In this document: one piece after another, positions 30,117 through 38,808 of the stretch
Layout: each line of letters opens with the position of its first letter
Position numbering within the stretch: the first letter of the stretch is position 1
Assembly: GCA_965216565.1 (NCBI GenBank)
Contig: OZ244170.1
Span: 2,432,001-2,496,000, forward strand
Length of the DNA: 64,000 nt
Direction of reading: 5' to 3'
Source of the DNA: Bythopirellula sp.
GTDB lineage: Bacteria; Planctomycetota; Planctomycetia; Pirellulales; Lacipirellulaceae
The notes under the pieces: model-generated
What the model saw: only the letters and a program-made list of their open reading frames with translations
Told to the model about the DNA's origin: nothing
Databases searched by the model: none
Made by a program: the position numbers and the translations under genes

Positions 30117-31304
30117 ATGATTGGTCACGTCGATGCCGACTGTTTTTACGTTTCTGCCGAGCGCGTTCGCTACCCGCACCTCAAGGGGATGCCGGTGGCC
30201 GTGCTGGGCAACCACGGTGCATGCGTCATTGCTAAGAGTTACGAAATGAAGGCCGCAGGTGTGCCAACCGGCGGCGCTATCTGGGAGGCGGTGCCAATCT
30301 GTCCTGAAGCGGTTTTCGTCAAGCGTGACTTCAAATGGTACGAGACTCTCTCACGACAAATGCTGGCGATCGTTCAGGAAGTCAGCCCCCAGGTGGAGTT
30401 CTATTCTATCGATGAGCAGTTTTTCAAAGCCATGGAACCCAATCATGGATTTGCCGAGCGATTGCAAGACGACGTGCTTCGTCGCGTGGGCGTACCGGTT
30501 TCGATTGGTATTGCGCCCACTAAGACGCTAGCCAAACTGATCTCCGACTCATCCAAACCCTTCGGCTGTGGGGTGGTAACCGATGACACCGAGCGGATCG
30601 AACTGCTGCGCAATACGCCCGTTTCAGAAGTGACTGGCATTGCCCGCCGGCGAGCCCAACATTTGGCCGATCATGGAATTCATACCTGCGAACAATTTGC
30701 GAATGCCGACCGGGCGTTCATTCGCTGGCTCCTCACCAAGAGTGGCGAAGACTTATGGTGGGAGCTCAACGGCACGCCGGTGATCCCAGTTCAGGTGAAG
30801 CGGCCCGAAAACAAATTCATCGCCCGCGGCGGATCCATTGGCCGAGCCAGTTGCGATCGTCAGCGGATCCAGGCCTTTATTGTTCGCAACGTGGAACGGC
30901 TAGTCGAAGCCCTGGCATATTACAAAGTCGCGTGCGATCAACTAACCTTGTCGCTACTATTTACAGAGTTCCCCGAGCGATCTGTACGAAGTAGCCTGCT
31001 AGGGAGCCGTGCCGATTTCGAAGCCCTACTAGAAGCCGCCCTATATTTGCTCCCCCAAGCATGGCAGCCTCCCTCGGCTAGCGTCCACTATATGCATGTC
31101 ATTGCCGGCAAGTTGCGGCCCATTGCTCAACGGCAACGGAGCTTATTTGACGAGTCGAAGCTGGCAGACATCAAGCACAACATCAATAATGAGGTAGGTC
31201 GCTTCGCACTACGTAGTGCAGCCACCTTGCCCCTGGTAGACGTCTACGGCGATTGTGCCAACAACTATGACATCTGCGACATCTACGGTAAAAGTTGTTT
31301 TTGA
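30117..31304 (+). CDS. Y-family translesion DNA polymerase (UmuC/DinB-like)
   Basis: HVDADCFYVS, SYEMK, YSIDE and SIGIAPTKTLAKL motifs intact; SLF clamp-binding-like motif near the C-terminus. Confidence 0.9.
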   Translation: MIGHVDADCFYVSAERVRYPHLKGMPVAVLGNHGACVIAKSYEMKAAGVPTGGAIWEAVPICPEAVFVKRDFKWYETLSRQMLAIVQEVSPQVEFYSIDEQFFKAMEPNHGFAERLQDDVLRRVGVPVSIGIAPTKTLAKLISDSSKPFGCGVVTDDTERIELLRNTPVSEVTGIARRRAQHLADHGIHTCEQFANADRAFIRWLLTKSGEDLWWELNGTPVIPVQVKRPENKFIARGGSIGRASCDRQRIQAFIVRNVERLVEALAYYKVACDQLTLSLLFTEFPERSVRSSLLGSRADFEALLEAALYLLPQAWQPPSASVHYMHVIAGKLRPIAQRQRSLFDESKLADIKHNINNEVGRFALRSAATLPLVDVYGDCANNYDICDIYGKSCF

Positions 31305-31354
31305 TTCCTAGAATATCAACCGCTAACTCCTACCCCCCAACCCAAAATAAGCCC

Positions 31355-31831
31355 ATGTGCAAAGGCATCTCAATTACACGCGCCCGCATCCGTCAGGAAC
31401 TTTTCGAGCAGTACGAACTGGCACACCGCATTGCCACTCGCGGTGCCGATGCCCAAGAAGAATTACACTTTATGTATCCTGGCGCTCCACCAATCGAGTT
31501 GCCCGTGATCGATGGCGGGGATCTGGCTGTTTACGAATGGGGGAATCGCAACAACAAAGAGTCGAAGCTACCGAGTACCGGCTGGTGCCGGATCGAAAGC
31601 CTGGAGGCCGGCAAGTGGCGTTGGCTACGACCAGAAAAAGTAACGATCCCCGCCGACTTTGGCTTAGAGAAATCAGTGTGGTTTGCCATCGAAGAAGGCA
31701 TGGAGGGCATTCTTGTCCGCGACGAACAGGAACGGCCACACGTGTACATGCTCACCCAAGCGGCCAGCACCTATTACGAAAACATGACGCGCCACAACCG
31801 CATGCCGATTTTGCTGGGCCAGGATATTTGA
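31355..31831 (+). CDS. Divergent SRAP (YedK/HMCES)-like protein
   Basis: MC N-terminus (Cys2) from ATG 31355, a WG motif and C-terminal HNRMPILL; directly follows the Y-polymerase. Confidence 0.55.
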   Translation: MCKGISITRARIRQELFEQYELAHRIATRGADAQEELHFMYPGAPPIELPVIDGGDLAVYEWGNRNNKESKLPSTGWCRIESLEAGKWRWLRPEKVTIPADFGLEKSVWFAIEEGMEGILVRDEQERPHVYMLTQAASTYYENMTRHNRMPILLGQDI

Positions 31832-31858
31832 AGATGCGAATGACTCTCCGTTTGAGTG

Positions 31859-32118
31859 CGTAGGGTGTGCCAGAGCAACGCGGCGGCACACCGAAACGGA
31901 TCGGTGTATATTCTCACTCTCGGTGGGCCTGGCGGCACCACCCTACAAAAGTTAGATGATTGTTGGCTCGCGCTTCATCGACTTTGTCAGAACGTAGGGT
32001 GTGCCAGAGCAACGCGGCGGCACACCGAAACGGATCGGTGTATATTCTCACTCTCGGTGGGCCTGGCGGCATCACCCTACAAAATTTAGATGATTGTTGG
32101 CTCGCGCTTCATCGACTT
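31859..32118. repeat. Tandem pair of 126-bp REPIN-like elements (period 134)
   Basis: 31859-31984 and 31993-32118 differ at 2 positions. Each has GTAGGGTG...CACCCTAC inverted ends and an internal GGTGTGCC...GGCACACC palindrome. Confidence 0.85.
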
Positions 32119-32159
32119 AGGCAGTGGGGCTAAACAGCATCCAACTCCCTCATTAGTTC

Positions 32160-34055
32160 TTACGCCCTAACGGGACCCGCTGCCAATTCTTGACAGGTCC
32201 GAACAATCCCGGCCACGTCCATTCCCAGGTCGGCCAGCAGTTCATCGCGTTCGCCATGTTCCACATAGAAATCTGGAATACCGAGACGTCGAACGCGACT
32301 CGTGTTGAGGCCGGCATCTGTGGCGGCTTCGACCACGGCACTACCAAAGCCGCCCGCCAAAGCACCTTCTTCTACCGTAACTACGAAACCACATTCTTCC
32401 ACGGCTTGCAGAATGGTCTCTGTATCTAGCGGCTTGATGAAGCGGGCATTTACCACTCCCACATTGAGTCCCGCCTCGCCCAGTTGGTTGGCGGCTTCGA
32501 CACACCGCTGCAACATGGCACCACAGGCAACTAGGCAACCATCTTCGCCCCACTTCAGCACTTCGCTCTTGCCGAGTTCAATGGGCGCCACTTCTCGCGG
32601 TATTTCCACCGCGGCCGCCTTGGGATATCGGATTGAGCAGGGGCTATCGTGAGCCAGTGAGAACTGAAGCATCGCGGGCAGTTCCAGCGCGTCGCCGGGA
32701 GCCATCATGACCATGTTGGGGAACACGCGGAGATAACCGATATCAAACACACCATGATGCGTCGGCCCGTCGGGGCCAGCCAGCCCACCACGATCGAGCA
32801 TAAAAGTAACAGGCAAATTCTGCAGTGCCACTTCCTGAAAAATGTGATCGTAAGCCCGCTGCAGGAACGTACTGTAAATATCAACGATGGGGCGCATCCC
32901 CGCTTTCGCTTGTCCCGCTGCAAAAGCCACGGTATGTGCCTCGCAAATTCCTGTATCGAAAAATCGATCGGGCAATTCATCGCGGACTCGTTCCAGCTTG
33001 TTCCCCTGACACATTGCTGCTGTGAGTACCGTAACGCGTTCATCAGCATGCATACTTTCACGGATTGCCTCCGAAGCGATATGCGTGAAGGCCTTCGCTG
33101 AACTTTTCTTGAGCTTCACGATCTGGTCTTCGCGGCGCTCAAACTGAGGAGGTGCGTGATACAACACCGGATCTTGCTCGGCTGGCTGAAAGCCGTGTCC
33201 CTTCTCGGTGACGACATGCAGCAGCACTGGGCCCTTGATCTGATTGACCATCTTCAGGTACTTGCGCAGCAAGCCGATGTTGTGGCCATCAATGGGACCC
33301 ACATAACGCATACCCATATCTTCGAAAATCATGCCACCGGAGAGGCCCGCCTTAGCCGCTTCTTTGAGTTGCACCAAGAAACGCTCGGTAGGATCCCCAA
33401 GCAGCGGAACCGCATGCAATATTTTCGCGACTTCGTCCTTGAGCCCAGTGTACATGGGATTGATCCGAAGCCGATCAAGATAGTCCGCCACGCCACCAAC
33501 CCGCGGGCAAATCGACATCTGATTGTCGTTTAAAATGACGAGCAGCTTCTCGCTTTGCCGACGGGCATTGTTCAGCGCCTCGAACACCACGCCCGAGGGA
33601 AAGGCCCCGTCACCGATTACTGCCACGGCTTGGCGTCCTTCTTCGCGACGTAAAAAATCATCGCCGCTTGCCAGTCCCAGCATGGTCGACACACTGGCAC
33701 CGGCATGTCCCGTCATGAACAGGTCGTATTCGCTCTCTTCCGGGTTTGGGTACCCCATCAATCCACCTTTGGTGCGGATCGAATGGAACTGGCCGTAGCG
33801 GCCGGTCAGAAGCTTATGCGGATAGATTTGGTGGCCCGTATCCCAGATGAGCCGATCGCGGCGAAAATCAAATACATCGTGGAGCGCAATCGTAAGTTCG
33901 ACCACACCCAAATTCGACGCGAAGTGTGCACTGCGACAGGCGATCAAATTGCACAGCACATCGCGCATCTCGGCTGCCAATTGCTCAAGCTGGGGAATCG
34001 AAAGCTGCCGAAGATCTTCGGGGCCTGTGATCGAGGGTAGTATGTTCTCTTTCAA
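32160..34055 (-). CDS. dxs: 1-deoxy-D-xylulose-5-phosphate synthase
   Basis: HFASNLGVVELT, WDTGHQIYPHK, GHAGAS, GDG, ILNDNQMSI, YSTFLQRAYD, GPDGPTHHG. Confidence 0.97.
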   Translation of the reverse strand: MKENILPSITGPEDLRQLSIPQLEQLAAEMRDVLCNLIACRSAHFASNLGVVELTIALHDVFDFRRDRLIWDTGHQIYPHKLLTGRYGQFHSIRTKGGLMGYPNPEESEYDLFMTGHAGASVSTMLGLASGDDFLRREEGRQAVAVIGDGAFPSGVVFEALNNARRQSEKLLVILNDNQMSICPRVGGVADYLDRLRINPMYTGLKDEVAKILHAVPLLGDPTERFLVQLKEAAKAGLSGGMIFEDMGMRYVGPIDGHNIGLLRKYLKMVNQIKGPVLLHVVTEKGHGFQPAEQDPVLYHAPPQFERREDQIVKLKKSSAKAFTHIASEAIRESMHADERVTVLTAAMCQGNKLERVRDELPDRFFDTGICEAHTVAFAAGQAKAGMRPIVDIYSTFLQRAYDHIFQEVALQNLPVTFMLDRGGLAGPDGPTHHGVFDIGYLRVFPNMVMMAPGDALELPAMLQFSLAHDSPCSIRYPKAAAVEIPREVAPIELGKSEVLKWGEDGCLVACGAMLQRCVEAANQLGEAGLNVGVVNARFIKPLDTETILQAVEECGFVVTVEEGALAGGFGSAVVEAATDAGLNTSRVRRLGIPDFYVEHGERDELLADLGMDVAGIVRTCQELAAGPVRA

Positions 34056-34945
34056 CGATCTCTCCGTCCGACGAACTGTGCCAAGTCTTGCAGGGATTTC
34101 GCCATCTCGCCAAATACCTGCAGGGCAGCGCAGGCCTGATTTACTAATTGATCTGCGTAAGCGCGACTCTCCTCTGCACCGAGCAAGGCTGGATAAGTTG
34201 CTTTGCCTTGCTGGCTGTCTTTTTGAAGTCGTTTGCCAACATCACCCTCAGATCCGATGACATCGAGCAAGTCGTCCGTCACCTGGAAAGCCAAGCCCAA
34301 GTGCTTGCCAAACTCGTCGAGGGCAGCAAGTTGTTGGCCACTGGCACCAGCCACGATTCCGCCCAAGCGTAACGAGACACGAATTAAGGCGCCAGTCTTT
34401 CGACGATGAATCGACTCAAGTTGTTCCCTGCTGCGGTCCCCAAATCCAGGTTCCAGGTCATCTGCCTGGCCACCAACCAAAGCGGTTGCTCCGGCGGCGT
34501 GGGCTAGCTCGGCACAGCAACGGACGGCTTTCTCAGATCCCGTGATGCCTTCAGCCAGCACAGCAAACGATCGGGCCAGCAACGCATCGCCAACCAAAAT
34601 TGCGGTCGCTTCATCAAATGCTTTATGGCATGTGGCCCGACCGCGACGCAGGTCGTCGTCGTCCATGGCCGGCAAGTCGTCATGCACCAGGGAATAAGCA
34701 TGCACCATCTCAACAGCCACGGCGGCGGGCATCGCATCCGCACTCGTTCCACCGCACGCCTCAGCAGCCATCAAAACCAGCTGAGGACGCAATCGTTTTC
34801 CCGGTGCCAACAAGCTGTACTCAATAGCCTGCTGCAGGCGTGCCGGACAATCTTCATCAAACTTGATGGCAGCAGCCAGCGCGACGTCGATCTGCTCGCG
34901 CTGGATATTGGGAGGTTCGAGATGAGGCACGGTGTGAGCATTCAT
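34052..34945 (-). CDS. ispA: Farnesyl/geranyl diphosphate synthase
   Basis: GKRLRP, HAYSLVHDDLPAMDDDDLRRG, KTGALI, FQVTDDLLD; xseB-ispA-dxs synteny. Confidence 0.93.
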   Translation of the reverse strand: MNAHTVPHLEPPNIQREQIDVALAAAIKFDEDCPARLQQAIEYSLLAPGKRLRPQLVLMAAEACGGTSADAMPAAVAVEMVHAYSLVHDDLPAMDDDDLRRGRATCHKAFDEATAILVGDALLARSFAVLAEGITGSEKAVRCCAELAHAAGATALVGGQADDLEPGFGDRSREQLESIHRRKTGALIRVSLRLGGIVAGASGQQLAALDEFGKHLGLAFQVTDDLLDVIGSEGDVGKRLQKDSQQGKATYPALLGAEESRAYADQLVNQACAALQVFGEMAKSLQDLAQFVGRRDR

Positions 34946-34959
34946 GGGGCAACTACATA

Positions 34960-35301
34960 TTAGAATAGCGAGCTGTCGTCGTCTACTTCCGAGCGTGCGG
35001 TGCGGCGGCGACTGCGGGAGGCTGATTTGGACTCTAGGGACTCGTCGCCCCCAGCGTCGAAATCCTTCGTTTTCGGTTTGCCCGACCCATCGACGCCACT
35101 AACCAACGAAATCCGCCTCTCTGCGTCTGCCAGCTGTTCGTAGCAAGACTTCAAGTGCTTTACGCCACTTTCATAATGCTCCAGCGACTCGGCCAGTGGG
35201 AGCTTGCCACTTTCGAGCTGTCCCACGATCGATTCGAGCTCAGCTAATGACTTTTCGAAGTCTGCCGTTTTCGCCTTCACAACTTTCTTTTTCTTTGCCA
35301 C
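34960..35301 (-). CDS. xseB: Exodeoxyribonuclease VII small subunit
   Basis: FEKSLAELESIVGQLESGKLPLAESLEHYESG; GTG start at 35301 after AAGGA. Confidence 0.92.
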   Translation of the reverse strand: MAKKKKVVKAKTADFEKSLAELESIVGQLESGKLPLAESLEHYESGVKHLKSCYEQLADAERRISLVSGVDGSGKPKTKDFDAGGDESLESKSASRSRRRTARSEVDDDSSLF

Positions 35302-35368
35302 CGTAGTTTTTTCCTTTTCTGAGACTCTCACAAGCCAAGAAGTTGATCTTGGAATCCGCCCTTGTTTG

Positions 35369-36625
35369 TCAGATGCTCTCAACGATCGAAACGACTTCGC
35401 CGTCCGCCAGTCGAGTTCGTAGTTTATCGCCTTTCTTCAACTTCTTGGACGAGGTAATCACTCGACCCGTTTTGTGGTGCTGTGTGATACTATACCCGCG
35501 CCCCAGGACACCAAGTGGGCTGAGCGTATCAAGTTTTCCGCTCGCCAGCGCGAGCTGACTCTGGCGATCGCGTAGAACGTTGTTGATTGCCGAGTTCAGG
35601 CGGGTTGTACTCTCGTCCAGCTGTCGGCTCAGGTTGTGAATCGTGTCGAGTGGTCGTGCTAGGGCAGGGCGGCTCGCAATCGCATCGAGCCGCTGGCGAA
35701 GCTCCGCCGTTTGAGACTTGATAGCGTTTTGCAGTCGGCCCTGATGACCCTGCACAAGCTGCAGAATATCTTGGGAAGATGGAACGACTCGCTCTGCGGC
35801 TTCACTCGGAGTTAATGCACGAACGTCCGCGGCTAAATCGGCAAGTGTGACATCGATCTCGTGTCCCACCGCTGAGACAGTTGGAATCGCGGACCCAGCG
35901 ATTGCTCGCACGGTTGCTTCTTCATTGAAACACCACAAATCTTCTAAGCTCCCGCCACCTCGACCGACCACTAAGACATCTAACTTGGGTTCACAGTCGT
36001 TTGCCAGGCGAATACTCCCAGCAATTTCCTGTGCGGCTCCCTCGCCCTGGACCCGCGTCGGAAACACAAGTACTTCGACACCCCGCCAGCGCCGCCTCAG
36101 CACTTCTAAGAAGTCGCGAATCGCCGCACCGGTGGGGCTGGTCACAACTCCAATACGCCTGGGGAACCGGGGCAACGGACGCTTTCGTTCGGCATCAAAC
36201 AACCCTTCTTTGCTGAGCTTCTCGCGCAGCTTCTGCAAAGCGAGTTCTAAAGCTCCAATGCCCTGTGGCGTAATCTGTTCGACAACTAGTTGATAACTAC
36301 CTCGTGGAGGATAGACGTCCACATGGCCTCGGCAAACCACTTCTAGGCCATCGGCCAAGTCGAACTTGAGTCTACTGGCAGTGCCTCGCCAAATAACCGC
36401 ACGCAATTGCGCGGCATCGTCTTTTAACGTGAAGTAGCAGTGGCCCGACTGCGGGCGTGAGAAATTGGAGATCTCCCCCGCAATCCACACTTGCGAGAAC
36501 TGGCTTTCCACCACTCCCTTTAGCTGGGACGTAAACTGTGCTACGGAAAGCACCTGATCTTGGGCGGCCGAGTCAGGCAAATTGGAGGTGGACATCGCCA
36601 TGAGCGGAAAACAACGTTTGAGCAT
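35369..36625 (-). CDS. xseA: Exodeoxyribonuclease VII large subunit
   Basis: GEISNF..SGHCYFTLKD, GVVTSPTGAAIRD, RGGGSLEDLWCFN, SAVGHEID. True start may be 36601 or 36595. Confidence 0.96.
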   Translation of the reverse strand: MLKRCFPLMAMSTSNLPDSAAQDQVLSVAQFTSQLKGVVESQFSQVWIAGEISNFSRPQSGHCYFTLKDDAAQLRAVIWRGTASRLKFDLADGLEVVCRGHVDVYPPRGSYQLVVEQITPQGIGALELALQKLREKLSKEGLFDAERKRPLPRFPRRIGVVTSPTGAAIRDFLEVLRRRWRGVEVLVFPTRVQGEGAAQEIAGSIRLANDCEPKLDVLVVGRGGGSLEDLWCFNEEATVRAIAGSAIPTVSAVGHEIDVTLADLAADVRALTPSEAAERVVPSSQDILQLVQGHQGRLQNAIKSQTAELRQRLDAIASRPALARPLDTIHNLSRQLDESTTRLNSAINNVLRDRQSQLALASGKLDTLSPLGVLGRGYSITQHHKTGRVITSSKKLKKGDKLRTRLADGEVVSIVESI

Positions 36626-36748
36626 GGGAGTAGATTGGTAAACCAGTACACCACTAGTTTACCGGAAAGGGCAGGGGTCGAGGACCCCAAGCCAAAGCAA
36701 GTAATCTGCTCTATTTATGAACCGTCTTAAGAGTGGGCCGTTAACGCT

Positions 36749-37558
36749 CTAGGCGATCAGACGTATAGAATTGTCGCCCGGATCAGCGGCTGAATCACTT
36801 GGGTAACTCACGGGATATTCAGGTTGTGTCGTCACAAGGTGCCCTCGACGCAATTCACGAGGAGTGTCGCGAAGGGTGACCTCGCCAATCCGACGTCCGC
36901 CGCTTTCGGCCCAAGTCTCCGATTCCTTCGTGAGTTCGTTGAGCAGGTTCTCCAAACCTTGACGATAGTGTTCGAGATCTCCACGCTCGATATTGTCAGG
37001 GACATGAACTTCTGGACCAACAATACCACGAATTTGAGAATTCGGTTTGGGTAAGGCGAAGCGATCCCAACTCTTCATCCTCCAGGGACGATCGATACCA
37101 AAACCAAGCGGTACGATCGGAAGACCTAACCGCGAGGCTAAGTAGACGGGGCCAATCGCCAGCTTGCGACGCGGGCCACGGGGGCCATCCGGCGTGATCG
37201 CCAAATGCATATACTTCCCGCGACGGCGGAGATCCAGCAGCGCTGACGTCGAGCCGCGATTGGTCGAACCACGCACGCAATCGAAACCCATGTGCGCCGC
37301 GACACGGGCCAAAATCTCAGCGTCTCGATGTTTGCTAAGCAACATGGCCAAATCACAGTGGCCCCGCAGAAACAGAGGTACCAGAATGTATTCGTGCCAA
37401 AAGACATAGATTCGGGGTTGCTCGCTGCCATACATCGGATCGAAGGTCCGATCGTAGAAGATGCCCCGATACTCCATCGTCTTCATCCAGGCGCGGATGC
37501 CCTTGGCTGCGATCAAGCCTCCCCATCGAGTCGACAGCGGCACATCCTTGTCAATCAT
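36749..37558 (-). CDS. DUF374 / lysophospholipid acyltransferase family protein
   Basis: YVFWHE, LSKHRD, VRGST, AITPDGPRGPRR, SWDRFALPKP. Confidence 0.85.
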   Translation of the reverse strand: MIDKDVPLSTRWGGLIAAKGIRAWMKTMEYRGIFYDRTFDPMYGSEQPRIYVFWHEYILVPLFLRGHCDLAMLLSKHRDAEILARVAAHMGFDCVRGSTNRGSTSALLDLRRRGKYMHLAITPDGPRGPRRKLAIGPVYLASRLGLPIVPLGFGIDRPWRMKSWDRFALPKPNSQIRGIVGPEVHVPDNIERGDLEHYRQGLENLLNELTKESETWAESGGRRIGEVTLRDTPRELRRGHLVTTQPEYPVSYPSDSAADPGDNSIRLIA

Positions 37559-37610
37559 TCTCTATCCTAAGTTGTAGTTATTGGGTCTTGCCATTCAACA
37601 CTTGCGAGTC

Positions 37611-38447
37611 CTACCAGGGCCATTCGCCAGTGAAAACCTCAACGGCGGGGCCCGTTTTATAAACGTGATTGTCAGTTTCATCCCAAAACAATTGAAGATC
37701 ACCGCCGAGCAAATGAATGGTTACTTCGCGCTCGCTCCTCCCAGTGAGAACACCTGCTACACACACGGCCGCAGCACCGGTGCCGCAGGCCAGCGTTTCC
37801 CCTGAGCCACGCTCCCAGGTTCGCTGCCTTAATTCACTAGGACCTAGAACTTCCACAAACTCCGCGTTGACGCGATTAGGAAAGTGGGAATCATGTTCGA
37901 TCTTCGGGCCGAGACCTAGCACCAGATCATCCGTTGCCTCTTCCACAAATGTCACACAATGTGGATTACCCATCGAAACACAGGTCACTTGCAAATCCCG
38001 TTCTGCCAGCGGAAGTGGTACGTCGGCGACAGGATCGCCCGTCAGTGTCGTCGGAATTAGATTGGCTGCCAAGATCGGCTCACCCATATCAACGCGAACC
38101 CGATCGACCTTGCCGTTCTCCACAAACAATTGCAAAGTGAGAACCTGCTCCATCGACCTAATCTTTAGCTGTTCTTTCTTGGCGATGCCGTGTTCGTACA
38201 GGTATTTGGCAACACATCGAATCGCATTGCCGCACATCTCGGCTCGGGAACCGTCAGCATTGAACATGATCATTTCTGCGTCGGCATCATCCGCAGGGCC
38301 CATCAGCACTAGCCCATCTCCCCCAACTCCGAAGTGCCGATCGGAAACAACGCGAGCCAGATCGGGTTGGCGCTCCGGAGCCGACTGCGCAGAGCAATCG
38401 ACATAGATATAGTCGTTGCCGGCGCCATGCATTTTGGTAAATCTCAT
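37611..38447 (-). CDS. dapF: Diaminopimelate epimerase
   Basis: [38 protein letters not shown]. Confidence 0.97.
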   Translation of the reverse strand: MRFTKMHGAGNDYIYVDCSAQSAPERQPDLARVVSDRHFGVGGDGLVLMGPADDADAEMIMFNADGSRAEMCGNAIRCVAKYLYEHGIAKKEQLKIRSMEQVLTLQLFVENGKVDRVRVDMGEPILAANLIPTTLTGDPVADVPLPLAERDLQVTCVSMGNPHCVTFVEEATDDLVLGLGPKIEHDSHFPNRVNAEFVEVLGPSELRQRTWERGSGETLACGTGAAAVCVAGVLTGRSEREVTIHLLGGDLQLFWDETDNHVYKTGPAVEVFTGEWPW

Positions 38448-38473
38448 CGCACCCCCATTCTAGACTCTCCCAC

Positions 38474-38800
38474 TTATCCCGTCAGGTCCAACGAATTGCC
38501 ACTATTGCCCTCGGGATCCTTCGCCTGGCGAGGGGGAAGCGAATCCTGCTCTGCCTCATTCTCCTTCTGCTGGTCTGGCTCCCACAGCCGACGGCCGTCG
38601 GCGTCTCGTTCCGAGGCACCTTGGTCTTCCTCGGTTTGCCCAATGCCAGCCGACTCGGTCGCCTTCTTCTCACTCTCTACCCGGCGCTCACTGGCACTCG
38701 AGTCCTTTTGACTTTTTTCAGTCTCACTTCCCTTTGTTTGGGACAACGGTACTCCCGCTGCACTACTGACGATACCGCTGGTTGGTATGAAATTCATCAC
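38474..38800 (-). CDS. Small hydrophilic hypothetical protein
   Basis: AGGAGG RBS upstream; co-directional and tightly packed with neighbours; ends GNSLDLTG. Confidence 0.7.
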   Translation of the reverse strand: MMNFIPTSGIVSSAAGVPLSQTKGSETEKSQKDSSASERRVESEKKATESAGIGQTEEDQGASERDADGRRLWEPDQQKENEAEQDSLPPRQAKDPEGNSGNSLDLTG

Positions 38801-38808
38801 AACACCTC

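Noticed and set aside
31859..32118. CRISPR array
   Set aside because: Only two 126-bp units, no unique spacers and no cas genes; the structure fits a REPIN.
30117..32118. Prophage or integrative element carrying the polymerase
   Set aside because: No integrase, transposase, tRNA or att-like repeat pair recognised.
32160..36625. xseA-xseB-ispA-dxs cluster as a novelty
   Set aside because: Widely conserved housekeeping arrangement.
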